A stretch of DNA of 64,000 nt from a virus (taxonomy: Duplodnaviria > Caudoviricetes), in the IMG/VR virus record IMGVR_UViG_3300028591_000008, positions 32,001 through 96,000 of that record. One strand, written 5' to 3'. The notes beneath the pieces were generated by a model. That model made no database searches. It saw only the letters and a program-made list of their open reading frames with translations, and was not told the DNA's origin. Positions 12,278-22,787 of this stretch are shown in pieces (position 1 is the stretch's first letter; each line of letters begins with the position of its first letter). A program made the translations under genes and the position numbers.

Positions 12278-12477
12278 TCTAACGTATTCACCCATTTAAT
12301 AGCTTCTGAGAAGCCGTAATATTTATCATCAACTTTAAGGATAGGAGCCGCCTTAAAACCAAGCTACTTCATTACTTCTATATCATCACAAGTAGTATAT
12401 TCAACAGATTTTCTATTTAATTTTGTCTCAAGAGCCCGGCATTGCGGGCAATGTGTAGTATACAATTTAATCTCCAT
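12274..12477 (-). CDS. nrdH: Glutaredoxin-like redoxin (TAG read-through)
   Basis: MEIKLYTTHCPQC...VMK[Q]LGFKAAPILKVDD; the cis-Pro motif is recovered only by read-through. Confidence 0.8.
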
Positions 12478-12667
12478 ATGTTGCTCCTTCAAAAGCATCA
12501 CAGTACTCACAAACTCCATCAATAAAATGATGGTTACATTGCTTGCGAAGATTGTCATTATCTTTCATTAGTTTTTGAATCTCGTCGGTTAAAACAAATT
12601 TATCAAGTGCTTTTCTAATCCAAGCATTATTATTATCAATTCGTTCCCGAATCTCGTTTCCACTCAT
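12467..12667 (-). CDS. Hypothetical protein with C-terminal CxH/CxxC
   Basis: MSGNEIRE...CNHHFIDGVCEYCD; AAGGAGG RBS. Confidence 0.6.
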   Translation of the reverse strand: MSGNEIRERIDNNNAWIRKALDKFVLTDEIQKLMKDNDNLRKQCNHHFIDGVCEYCDAFEGATYGD

Positions 12668-13778
12668 TAATAAGTTTTCCTCCTTGTAAAATAACATTAG
12701 GCATACTATAAAACATATCAAACACTTCATAATTATGTATACGCATATATTGAAAACTGTCTCTTATTTCTTGTAATGTTACCGAGAAGTGACTCCATGG
12801 CATTACTTCAAGGTAAGCTCTTTTTTTCCAAGCGCACCATTTATACAAAGTTTCTCTATGCGGTGGTATAAATTCGCACCGTGATCGTCCATAAAAACAG
12901 TTAAAAAGCTTCATAAGATTTAAAAGTTCTGGTGTCTTGAAGAATTCGTTGTTAATATTAAGTAAAATCTTTGTATCATGACTCCGTAAAAATAATAATT
13001 GCTTATAAAATTCTCCTAATTGATTCATCATAAAATGGTTCTCGTCGGAGCATCCATAGGTGAAATTATATACCATTTGCCGCAATCCAAGTATTGGTTT
13101 TTCACATAAGGCGACTAGTTCATCAGTAGTAAACATTCCATTATATTGTAGATAAAATACCGTTCCCATTGGTGGTAATTTTAACCACTTCATAAGTTCA
13201 TCAAAACTATATACGTTAATTGGATACTTATTCCCAATTCGATATGGGAGACCGCTCGGCCGCCTTCGACTTACATCTTCTAATAATTCAAATGCGCCTG
13301 GTATAGCTGATAAATCATAATCATGAAGAATTACAGATGGATGATATGGTTGAAGCCTTTCATAAGGGAAAGGCTCAAGTGTCTTTCCATCTAATGATAA
13401 TCTTACATGAGTTGCATTAAGAATTGTTCTAATTTCTTCTCGTCTAGGTTTGGTGGTACCATATTGCTCTTTATACTTTTTATAAATCTCGAAGTCAGGA
13501 ATAATATGTTCCATTTCAAGATTAAATGGTTTATATTGCTCAGAAAATGCGCGGCCGCCGTATTCAACATTTGGACGTAAAATTTTATTATCATAAATAC
13601 CATCATCATATTCTTTTCTAAAGAAAATACTAGTGTAACGAGCTGGCTCAAAATCTGGACTAAATACGACTATATCTCGTTTACTCTTGCGCCAAGCTGC
13701 ATATTTTGCACATTCCAAATTTGGAATAACACTGGGATAATGGAAGTAATCCCAATCATAAACTAAAATTACTGCCAT
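12636..13778 (-). CDS. Hypothetical protein, 380 aa
   Basis: Long TAG-free ORF coupled to dnaE. Confidence 0.75.
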   Translation of the reverse strand: MAVILVYDWDYFHYPSVIPNLECAKYAAWRKSKRDIVVFSPDFEPARYTSIFFRKEYDDGIYDNKILRPNVEYGGRAFSEQYKPFNLEMEHIIPDFEIYKKYKEQYGTTKPRREEIRTILNATHVRLSLDGKTLEPFPYERLQPYHPSVILHDYDLSAIPGAFELLEDVSRRRPSGLPYRIGNKYPINVYSFDELMKWLKLPPMGTVFYLQYNGMFTTDELVALCEKPILGLRQMVYNFTYGCSDENHFMMNQLGEFYKQLLFLRSHDTKILLNINNEFFKTPELLNLMKLFNCFYGRSRCEFIPPHRETLYKWCAWKKRAYLEVMPWSHFSVTLQEIRDSFQYMRIHNYEVFDMFYSMPNVILQGGKLINEWKRDSGTN

Positions 13779-16700
13779 TATCCTTCATCCGCCCTTTCTG
13801 TTTTAATTATTAATCTTTCGTTTTCAATACCAACTATTTGTTCAACTCTGTGCCAAGGAGTTGCTTTATATACTTTAGCAACAAAACTTTCTTCTTGCCG
13901 AATGCCTGTTACAATAATTTTGTTGCCACGCGTGAACATTGACTTCTCAATTACGTGTTTCTTACCATCTGGCCCCTTTACAGAAATTTGTTTATCATAT
14001 GCTTCAAAAGCACCATAAATCTTTACTGAAACTACGCCAGTTGGAGTTAATAATTGAACTGTCTTTTTTGCTTTATCTCGATCTAATACCGTGCCCGCGA
14101 TACGATGAAGTCTAAAAATGGGAACTTGTTTACCCTTAATCGGAATAACTCTTTCAACTTCAGCCTGTTCACTTAAATCAAAAAAATCTTCAATCATGTA
14201 AAGGCTTAAATCTACATTTTCTAATTCATGTTCATGCGAATAGAACGAAACAGAATCCATTTCCCATTTACTTAAATTGCCTAAGCAATATTTATTCCAT
14301 ACGTCTGCGGTTAACCGATCATTTACCGCTTTAAGTAGTTCTTCATTATGATCTTTTATATATGGTCTAATAATATCCATTTGCTTTTTATAAATATTAT
14401 CCCATACAACCTGTTTAATACAAAAACCACTTTCAGTAAAATTATTCGGTTCGGTTTTATCTATATCAAAATAAGTTTCAAGAAATTTAAAAGCTGGATT
14501 ATCAAGACCATAATAGCCTTGGTCCATTTTCATTTTCTTTATATACTTATTAAAATTATATACACGTCGCTGTAAATCATATTTATCTGGAATAAGACCA
14601 AAATCAATTAACATTTTCATGTTTTGAAGTGTAATACGCTTTTTAGTATCGCTTATCATATCTACGTATTTATGCATAAGTTCAACTCGATTTCCAAAAC
14701 TATCAAATGCACCAGATTTAATAAGATTTATCATTTGAACTTTATTGACTTTTACTTTTGAAAGAAAATCAGTTATTGAAGTATACGGACGATTTGCGAT
14801 AATTGCTTTTACGAGTTCTTCACCTACGCGTGTAATACCACTAATACCATAACGAATGATATTTAGTTCTGCGTCTGGAGAAAAAGTATAGGTTGATTTA
14901 TTAATATCTGGAGGTTCGACAACAATCCCACTCATTCTCATTTTTCCGATTGCAGTTGCAATTTTACCATAGTTTACACTTGAAGTTTTCTTTTTCTTTT
15001 TTACACCGGCTTCAGCTTCTTCATCTTCGTCATCATCATCTTCATCATCTTGCGTAAACTCTTCAATCTCATTACTATATACTTCTTCCACAACTTCAAC
15101 TTCTTCATCTTCCTGTTCTTTTTCATCGCCGCCCGCGTCCGTAATTAAACATGCGCAGTTCCAGAAGATAATTGGATAATGATATGCAAGATTCATTTCT
15201 TGAAGCGCAATCAAACTATATGCAAGAGTATGAGATTGGTTAAATCCATATCCACGACTCATTGCAATCAATACGTTCCATACATAATTCGCAAACTTTT
15301 GATTAATTCCTTTTTCTTTCGTTACTTCAAAGAACTCTTTTGTTAAAGCGTCATAATCTTTTGGGTTCTTTTTTGCGATTGATTTACGAAGTTTATCTGC
15401 CCAGGTTAGACTAAAACCACCAAGTTCTGGAAGTTGAACCAACTCCATAAACTGTTCCTGTGCAATACAAAGACCATATGACATACCAAGAACTGGTTCA
15501 AGAATCTTTCTTTCTTCTTCTCCAAGTCCATATCGCTCCATTTCTTTTTCCCATTCATCTGGATTTGCTTTGAAGCGCGCGAGCTTATCAGTCGGCATTT
15601 CTCCACCTTTTTCTTGCGCCATAAGACGAATTGTAGAGTTAAGAATCGCAAGGTCATCAACAGAAGTCGGCTTTAAAGTTGCGATACCATTAATACCAGA
15701 TTGCTTTTCCATTTGGAACAAAGACTGAATCTCATGATTCCAAACCATCTGCCACATCTCTGGATTATCGCGCTCAAGATTATATACACCAATTATATTT
15801 TCATAAGTTTCTTTTAATGTGCGCTCACGCTCAACTAAACCAGCATCACATAAAAGATCAATACAATTATGAATCTTATCCATTGCTTCAACTGATAACG
15901 CATCATACTTAATAAGACTTACATCTTCTGCGTCATGAAGCTCAAACTGTGTACAAATCGTACCATCAGGCGCGCGCATTAAAGCAGTTGATTCTGTAAA
16001 AGGTTCATCAACAAAGATAACGCCACCGGCATGAATACCAGATCCACAAATCAGACCCTCAATCTTTTGAGCTACATTCCATAACTCTGGATAGTTATTC
16101 ATTTCAATAATGAATTGTTTAATTGGCGCGAAGTCGTTTTCAGTATCACCATTGTAACACTGACTCAACGTTCTTAACATACCACGGTCTGCCGGAATCA
16201 AACTTGCAATATACTGAGCTATATCTACATCAATGCCTAGACCGCGCGCGGCTGTAAGAATTGCAGATTTAGATTTTTCTGTACGAAATGTTGCAACGTT
16301 TGCAACTCTATCTTCTCCATAATATTTACGGAATGCATTTAAAACTTGTGCACGCCGGCCGCCCTCAATATCAAAATCAACATCAAGGACTGATACACGA
16401 TCTGGATTAAGAAATCTCCATCGGAAACATTTAGTTGTCTCTCTAAGAGGATTAATCTGAGTAATATCAAGACAGTACAAAAGTATAAAACCAACACCTG
16501 AACCGCGTCCAGGTCCAACAAGACTACCAGCTTCCCAACAAATATCAATTATATTTTGAAGATTTAAATAATATGCGCTCCATCGTGCGTTATTTACATT
16601 TGATGATACCCATGTATCTTCAAGACATGCATTAATTTCATTATATGCTTCTTGGTTTTGAAGATCAGGATGACGTTTTATTCCATCTATAACAGCATCA

Positions 16701-17749
16701 ACTAAATATTTATCTGCTTTATATGGTGATTCTGAAAATGTTTTTAACATTGGAATAAAAGGATACCATATGTTTTCTTTTTGTCGTGAACTAATATGTA
16801 AACAATTTTTCCATATTAATTCTGGAATTTTGAGCGGCCGCAGTAAACTATAATCTTCAATGCTATCTCTAATCTTTAAAATATTTTGATATGCTCGTTG
16901 AAGTTCTTCTTCACTAAAATATGAAAAGTAACTTTCTAGCTCTTCTGTACTCATCATATATGTAGTTGCATAAAAATCATCAACTTCGCGGTCGCCATTC
17001 TGTGCATTAAGATACGCTTTATGAACAACCCTATCTTCTTTACGAAGATAATGGCTATCAGTTGTGATAATATACGGAATATCAAAATAAATCGAATGTT
17101 TTAAAAGCGTCTTATTAACTAAGATTTGATCTTTATTTTTTGACGGTTGCATTTCAAAATAAAAATTGCCATGCCCAAAAAGTTTATCCATCTGTTGAAT
17201 CCATATATCAATCTTTGGTAAAAGATCCGGATTTGATTGCGCGCGAAGAATCTGCGTCGGGAGCGCGCCGCCAAGGCAAGCTGTTGAACCAATTACATGA
17301 CCTGGATTTGCTCCAATAATTTCAAACAAATCATTATAATATGTTGGAACTCTACGCATACCGCGCGCCATGCAACTACGCATCCACGCGCGAGTTGAAA
17401 TTTCACGAATTTGCTGCGCGCCAATTGCATCCTTTGCAAGAAGAATAAAGTGATAATATCTATCAACTTCTTTATTATAATTCTGTGCATTTAATCCATT
17501 TCTACAAAGATAAATCTCATTACCAAGAATTACTTTTAGATCTGGATATTTTTCTTTCAATTTTTTTGCAGCCTTTTCAGCCTTAACCCATCCACTAATA
17601 CTTTCATGGTCAGTTAAGGCTACTACTTTATGTCCAAGTTCTCCTGCATAATTAAATAAATCATCTAGTTTATTTATGCAGTCACGCAAACGAATATTTG
17701 AATAATCTGAATGATTATGTAAGCTCCCTGGATAATTCAGTTTCTCCAT
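13778..17749 (-). CDS. dnaE: DNA polymerase III alpha subunit (family C)
   Basis: PHP motifs LHNHSDYS and TDHE; GPGRGSG; VLDVDFD; GIHAGG; YGFNQSH. Confidence 0.95.
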   Translation of the reverse strand: MEKLNYPGSLHNHSDYSNIRLRDCINKLDDLFNYAGELGHKVVALTDHESISGWVKAEKAAKKLKEKYPDLKVILGNEIYLCRNGLNAQNYNKEVDRYYHFILLAKDAIGAQQIREISTRAWMRSCMARGMRRVPTYYNDLFEIIGANPGHVIGSTACLGGALPTQILRAQSNPDLLPKIDIWIQQMDKLFGHGNFYFEMQPSKNKDQILVNKTLLKHSIYFDIPYIITTDSHYLRKEDRVVHKAYLNAQNGDREVDDFYATTYMMSTEELESYFSYFSEEELQRAYQNILKIRDSIEDYSLLRPLKIPELIWKNCLHISSRQKENIWYPFIPMLKTFSESPYKADKYLVDAVIDGIKRHPDLQNQEAYNEINACLEDTWVSSNVNNARWSAYYLNLQNIIDICWEAGSLVGPGRGSGVGFILLYCLDITQINPLRETTKCFRWRFLNPDRVSVLDVDFDIEGGRRAQVLNAFRKYYGEDRVANVATFRTEKSKSAILTAARGLGIDVDIAQYIASLIPADRGMLRTLSQCYNGDTENDFAPIKQFIIEMNNYPELWNVAQKIEGLICGSGIHAGGVIFVDEPFTESTALMRAPDGTICTQFELHDAEDVSLIKYDALSVEAMDKIHNCIDLLCDAGLVERERTLKETYENIIGVYNLERDNPEMWQMVWNHEIQSLFQMEKQSGINGIATLKPTSVDDLAILNSTIRLMAQEKGGEMPTDKLARFKANPDEWEKEMERYGLGEEERKILEPVLGMSYGLCIAQEQFMELVQLPELGGFSLTWADKLRKSIAKKNPKDYDALTKEFFEVTKEKGINQKFANYVWNVLIAMSRGYGFNQSHTLAYSLIALQEMNLAYHYPIIFWNCACLITDAGGDEKEQEDEEVEVVEEVYSNEIEEFTQDDEDDDDEDEEAEAGVKKKKKTSSVNYGKIATAIGKMRMSGIVVEPPDINKSTYTFSPDAELNIIRYGISGITRVGEELVKAIIANRPYTSITDFLSKVKVNKVQMINLIKSGAFDSFGNRVELMHKYVDMISDTKKRITLQNMKMLIDFGLIPDKYDLQRRVYNFNKYIKKMKMDQGYYGLDNPAFKFLETYFDIDKTEPNNFTESGFCIKQVVWDNIYKKQMDIIRPYIKDHNEELLKAVNDRLTADVWNKYCLGNLSKWEMDSVSFYSHEHELENVDLSLYMIEDFFDLSEQAEVERVIPIKGKQVPIFRLHRIAGTVLDRDKAKKTVQLLTPTGVVSVKIYGAFEAYDKQISVKGPDGKKHVIEKSMFTRGNKIIVTGIRQEESFVAKVYKATPWHRVEQIVGIENERLIIKTERADEG

Positions 17750-17781
17750 TCAACCACTCTCCATTTCTATTTTCTATAATA

Positions 17782-17810
17782 ATTATACCATAAAATAAAA
17801 GGAAAGTCAA
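17782..17810 (-). promoter_or_regulatory. Sigma70/SigA-like promoter for dnaE operon
   Basis: TTGACT-N17-TATAAT with TG extension. Confidence 0.65.
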
Positions 17811-17879
17811 ATTAACTTCCCTTAATGAATATTATATATCCAATATAAATTAATTAAAATCCAAATTATAAAAATCATT

Positions 17880-19619
17880 TTAAAACTCCAAAAGATCGTC
17901 GATAACCTCATAGTCCTCAATCATTATCTGCGGAGATTGATTTCCCATCCATTCATTGATATTTGGTTTTCCAACTATACTAATTTTGATTTCATTACAT
18001 TTCTGTAATTGTTCAATTAAATCAGAAGCGTGAAATTTGATAAATATAACTCCACTCTTTTCAAAACGTACAGTGTCTTTATTTGTTCCGATAATTTTAT
18101 AATCAGTGCTATCTAAATAAATATTTGGAACAAAAATTAATGGCTCTGAGTTACCTTGCCCCCAAATTGAAGTATTACTAGCTAAATCATAAATTAAATC
18201 TTCTAGATCAGGAGCGTTTGGCTCTCTAATAAAGTTTACATCATACATGCCTTCATTAAAGTTAATATCTTTAAGAGCTTCGTTTGCATATTCATGAAAC
18301 GCGCGCAAATTACTATCCAATATACTCGCGCCCGCTGCATTAGCATGGCCTTGTACCCATTCAAAATACCCACTATCATTTAAAAACTTTTTGAGATCTT
18401 GTAGTTCACAATCGGCCACATTACGAATTGAACCACGATCATATCCTTCATCATTAAGGCGCGCGAGTATGGTTGGACGCTTATACTTAGCCGCGAGTTT
18501 CATCGCACATAGACCATTAATTTCAGATGGATAATCTTCGTCATCATCAAGCCGTACAAATAGAATTTTATTTTCAAGCAGATCATATTTAAAAATCTTT
18601 TGTTCAAGTTCACTTACAATTTGGTCAGTAATTCTATTTTGCTTTGCTTTTGCATTTGTGCATTCGCGCAAAGATTCAATAGCGACTTCTTCCATTGTCC
18701 CTTTCGCGCCACGCTTATTGCAAGGAACCATTTTATGTCCATCAATTAAGCCAAGAAAAAGTCTTTCTTTCTCGTCCATACTACCAATGCGAATCATAGC
18801 GTTCATCATAGGTACAATATAAAAAGCAACACTAATAGGAGTTACTTCATTATTCATAGAGTAAGCTTGCTTTTCAATGGCACATTTAAAGAAGTAGTTT
18901 TTTACATGACTAAAACCATAAAGCATAATATAGCGGTTTTCTAAATTTAGAACAGATCCCATATCACCACATACACCCAGTGCGGCCAGGTCAATTAAAT
19001 CATTGGCAATCTTATTAACTGGATCATAAAGTGCTTCATGGTATCGACAAAACTGCCAAGCCACACCTGCACCTGTTAGCTCTTTATTAGTATAGTTTGG
19101 TGAAAGCTGGTTGTTTATAATACATGCATTATCACTAATAGGCTGATCATCATCAATTTCATGGTGATCCAACACTAAACAGCGCATACCAAGTTCTTTT
19201 AATTTTTCGTGATATTCATAATCATTACTAGAACTATCGGGTAAAATAATTAAATCATAAAATTCATTACTATCAATAATTGTCTGTGTATGATCTTGAA
19301 GGCCGTGTTCCTTATGTTCATGTAACATATATGAAATCTTTTGATTTGGGGCTATAGCTTTAATATATTCGTGCATAATTGCGCTTGAAGTAAAACCATC
19401 TACATCACAATCTACAATAAGTAAGATATGTGAGTTTTCTTTATTAAGAGCTTCCTCAAGCCAAATCGCTCCTTTTCTAATATTATCCAAATTTAAAGGA
19501 TCATTTAAACAAGAAATATCTGGATGGAGATATTTATTAAAATCTGTTACACCACGCGCGGCTAATAGCTCCTTTAAATAGTCATGTTGAAAATTTTCAT
19601 TTACTAAGTTTACTTTCAA
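17880..19619 (-). CDS. recJ: RecJ-like DHH ssDNA exonuclease
   Basis: DCDVDG, LDHH, RGSIR and GHANAAG motifs. Confidence 0.9.
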   Translation of the reverse strand: MKVNLVNENFQHDYLKELLAARGVTDFNKYLHPDISCLNDPLNLDNIRKGAIWLEEALNKENSHILLIVDCDVDGFTSSAIMHEYIKAIAPNQKISYMLHEHKEHGLQDHTQTIIDSNEFYDLIILPDSSSNDYEYHEKLKELGMRCLVLDHHEIDDDQPISDNACIINNQLSPNYTNKELTGAGVAWQFCRYHEALYDPVNKIANDLIDLAALGVCGDMGSVLNLENRYIMLYGFSHVKNYFFKCAIEKQAYSMNNEVTPISVAFYIVPMMNAMIRIGSMDEKERLFLGLIDGHKMVPCNKRGAKGTMEEVAIESLRECTNAKAKQNRITDQIVSELEQKIFKYDLLENKILFVRLDDDEDYPSEINGLCAMKLAAKYKRPTILARLNDEGYDRGSIRNVADCELQDLKKFLNDSGYFEWVQGHANAAGASILDSNLRAFHEYANEALKDINFNEGMYDVNFIREPNAPDLEDLIYDLASNTSIWGQGNSEPLIFVPNIYLDSTDYKIIGTNKDTVRFEKSGVIFIKFHASDLIEQLQKCNEIKISIVGKPNINEWMGNQSPQIMIEDYEVIDDLLEF

Positions 19620-20662
19620 ATTTTTACACGTCCTTTTAACAATTTTTCAAAGACTTCTTGACCGCGATCGGTAGGTGAGTCTTTTAATCTAAGTAAATCT
19701 TCTTTATCATATATAAAACTAAAATTTGCATATGCTTGATATTTCTTACACAATTCATAAAGATAATTGAAATATTTATCTTCATGCGGCAATTCTTCTT
19801 TATCAAAACATACGACAATTTCTTGTGGATGACAAGTCCTCACTAATATATCAAGTGCATACTTATTTAGTTTTGACCCACATACAGCGGCCGCGCAATT
19901 GGGAATTGAAAAAGAGTCCATTTGAAGAACACTTTTTTCAGCCTCAAATAAATATGCAATTCCAGTTGCTTTTATATTTTCTTTTGTTTTATCAAGTCCA
20001 TAAAGATTAAGACTCAATGGATGACTATACCATTTTCCTTCTATTTGAACTGGCATATATTTTCCCCATGTATCTATATCTTCTTGATTTAGCGCGCGGC
20101 TGCGTATTCCTACGAGCCGGCCGCCCACATCATAATGAGGAATAATAATTTTATTTTGTGAAGGAGAATATCTAATATTAAATTTATCCATAGCTTCACG
20201 GCTAATCCCATCATTGAGCCATTCAATTGGGTAATATTTAACAAAACATTCCATAATTTTATCTGAATAGGCTGGGAGTTCTTGGCGCGTCTTTTTTAAA
20301 GTATAATCATCACGAATTGATTTATATGAATTAGAGTTATAATCTGTCTCACTAAAATATGAGCATCCTCGAATTACTTCATATATATCCGTAAACCAAT
20401 CATAATCTATATCTCTAGCTTCATAAAAGTGCTTTAAGAAAGAAAAAATCGACATCGCACCATCTTCAGTATAGCAATAAAAGATATGCGTATTCTTATA
20501 GTAATATAACTTTAATGAAGCTTCATCTATATTACTATGATGACAAACTGTTGGCATAACTAGATAATCCCCTCTATCATCATAGGAAATATCTAATTTA
20601 TCCAACATAACTTTTACTTTATTATCATCTAATTCTTCAATAATAGCTTGATAATCTATCAC
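19616..20662 (-). CDS. DNA primase (Zn-finger + TOPRIM)
   Basis: N-terminal CHH...CYT, FEAEKS and CFDKE TOPRIM acidic residues; adjacent to helicase. Confidence 0.8.
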   Translation of the reverse strand: MIDYQAIIEELDDNKVKVMLDKLDISYDDRGDYLVMPTVCHHSNIDEASLKLYYYKNTHIFYCYTEDGAMSIFSFLKHFYEARDIDYDWFTDIYEVIRGCSYFSETDYNSNSYKSIRDDYTLKKTRQELPAYSDKIMECFVKYYPIEWLNDGISREAMDKFNIRYSPSQNKIIIPHYDVGGRLVGIRSRALNQEDIDTWGKYMPVQIEGKWYSHPLSLNLYGLDKTKENIKATGIAYLFEAEKSVLQMDSFSIPNCAAAVCGSKLNKYALDILVRTCHPQEIVVCFDKEELPHEDKYFNYLYELCKKYQAYANFSFIYDKEDLLRLKDSPTDRGQEVFEKLLKGRVKI

Positions 20663-22200
20663 TTAATCTCATTCACTTTCTGTAAGATTTCATTATAATT
20701 AGTTCCTTCCCAATCTATCTCATATAAGAAGTGTTTTTCATAATCATTTATAATTTCCATTCGTGAATCAGTCATATACAAGTCAACTTTTCTCAAACAT
20801 CCAAGATCAACAATACTCCAAATACGAACCTGACTCCATTCGCCACTTCTTACTTTATATATATCTGTTACCATTGTTGGAATCGCTTGCCCCATACTTG
20901 CAAAGAAATCAATTTCTTCTTTGGTTGGCCGCGACATTACCATACCAACATCCGCTTTATTAATAATCGCACGTGATCCAGCAATTACGCCTTCATTTTT
21001 AATATTTGTATTATTATCTGCATTTGCATTTACTTGTGTTGAAGTAAATACACACACATTTAATTCAACTGCCAATTCTTTTAACGCCGTTGAAAACATT
21101 AAAAGAATTTCATCATTTCTTAAACTAACGCCCTTAAACTCTCCCAAAAGACTTGGACAAATAAAAACATAATCAAAGAATACATATTCAATACCATGAA
21201 GTAGCACTTGTTCTCTAACTAAGTTTTTTACCAAGTCAATTCTCGGCGCTGGCATTTGAACAATATAGAAGTTGTCCTTATACTGTTCCATAATCCATAC
21301 AGCTTGATGAATTATTTGAGTTTCTTTTTGTGTAAAGTTACCATATCTAAATTTAGATTCATTAAAACCAGTTAAATAAGCTAAAATCATTTTCTGAATT
21401 TCTGGAATAGTTTGCTCGGTTGCAATAAAAATAACTTTACGTCCAGAGCCAGTTTGAACCCATGCATTTTTTACTGGTTCATATCTAAAAGGATAAGCAA
21501 TTAAACATGCATCACCAACCGCTTGACGAGTTTTACCAGTACCACTACTTGCACTTCGCACAATAAAAGTACCAAGTCGCGCACCAGATATAACCTCATT
21601 TATAATTTCACCTTGAATTGGAACACCAATATCTACATTTTCAACTGCATTTTCAATTATATCTTCAATTCCAGTAAAAGCCATTTCGGTTTGAGTAATT
21701 TCGTTTTGGGTAAACTTATTCTCAAGTCCAAGAACTTTACGTTTTAATGTATCAAGTATTTCATCAATTTCAAGTTTCTCAAAGTTTTTGTTTATATCAA
21801 GAGCCTTCGGATTCGTTAAATCTTCAATATAGAACTCACTTATATCAAAACCCTCATCTTTGAGTTTGGTAAGTAAGTTAATTTTCTTTAACCGTTTATA
21901 ATAGAACTCAAAGTTTTGTTCCTCAGAAAGATATTCCGCATCTTGAAGATATTCAATACCATTATTCTGTTTAAAGATGACGGCGGCGGCCCCATTCGTT
22001 TGGAGGTAATTCTCAATATCTACTGGTTGAATTTTATTGGCACCGCCGCGATATAAATTTTCGATTGCTGCAAAAATATATTTATCAAACTTATAATAAA
22101 AGTCATCTAAACTTAACTTATACTTATCTGTTTCACTAAGAAATTGTGGATGCTTCATTAAGGAGCCAAAGATTTGAAGTATTGAATTTTTATCAACCAA
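20659..22200 (-). CDS. dnaB: DnaB-like replicative helicase
   Basis: Walker A SGTGKT, FFDY Walker B, STQVN, KVRSG. Confidence 0.88.
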   Translation of the reverse strand: MVDKNSILQIFGSLMKHPQFLSETDKYKLSLDDFYYKFDKYIFAAIENLYRGGANKIQPVDIENYLQTNGAAAVIFKQNNGIEYLQDAEYLSEEQNFEFYYKRLKKINLLTKLKDEGFDISEFYIEDLTNPKALDINKNFEKLEIDEILDTLKRKVLGLENKFTQNEITQTEMAFTGIEDIIENAVENVDIGVPIQGEIINEVISGARLGTFIVRSASSGTGKTRQAVGDACLIAYPFRYEPVKNAWVQTGSGRKVIFIATEQTIPEIQKMILAYLTGFNESKFRYGNFTQKETQIIHQAVWIMEQYKDNFYIVQMPAPRIDLVKNLVREQVLLHGIEYVFFDYVFICPSLLGEFKGVSLRNDEILLMFSTALKELAVELNVCVFTSTQVNANADNNTNIKNEGVIAGSRAIINKADVGMVMSRPTKEEIDFFASMGQAIPTMVTDIYKVRSGEWSQVRIWSIVDLGCLRKVDLYMTDSRMEIINDYEKHFLYEIDWEGTNYNEILQKVNEIK

Positions 22201-22710
22201 TTATTCTTCGCCCCCAATATCATCTAAGTTATATTTTTCTCTTGAACGCTCTTTACGTATTAATCTCACAACAGCCCGCTCTTTTGCTTGCTCTTCTAGC
22301 TGCTTCATAAAACCATGTTTTTTACGCTCTTGTTCAATCCAATAGCTTTTTGCTTCTGCAAAAACATATGGAACTATACCCAGGCCACCATGTCCTTTTT
22401 CCCATGAATTATTCTTTATTTGATAAAAATATTTAAGTGTAAAATAAATACCTTTTGGATTAATTTTATTTTCTTTCCAAAACTTTTTTATTTGAGCTTC
22501 GCATAAAAAATAATCATAAGATACTTTCATATCTCGTGCTAAAAAGTCATAAATCATTTTAACCCAGTCACTGTCTGAAGCAGGCTGGGCTTTCCATGTT
22601 TCATAACAAACCTTATGGTAGTAATAATTACGTGATGGCATTATCCAATCAACATTTTCGATTTCTCTTGTTTTGTCAATTGGCATATGACATAATCTAC
22701 ATTCAGGCAT
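22201..22710 (-). CDS. Hypothetical replication-associated protein (N-terminal CxxC...HxxC)
   Basis: ORF track; directly upstream of dnaB. Confidence 0.7.
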   Translation of the reverse strand: MPECRLCHMPIDKTREIENVDWIMPSRNYYYHKVCYETWKAQPASDSDWVKMIYDFLARDMKVSYDYFLCEAQIKKFWKENKINPKGIYFTLKYFYQIKNNSWEKGHGGLGIVPYVFAEAKSYWIEQERKKHGFMKQLEEQAKERAVVRLIRKERSREKYNLDDIGGEE

Positions 22711-22741
22711 TCCATCACCCTTTCAATTTTATTCTATATAT

Positions 22742-22770
22742 ATTATACCATAGATTTTTCTTTTTGTCAA
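22742..22770 (-). promoter_or_regulatory. Sigma70/SigA-like promoter
   Basis: TTGACA-N17-TATAAT with TG extension. Confidence 0.7.
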
Positions 22771-22787
22771 ATTTAAAAGACGCAGGA

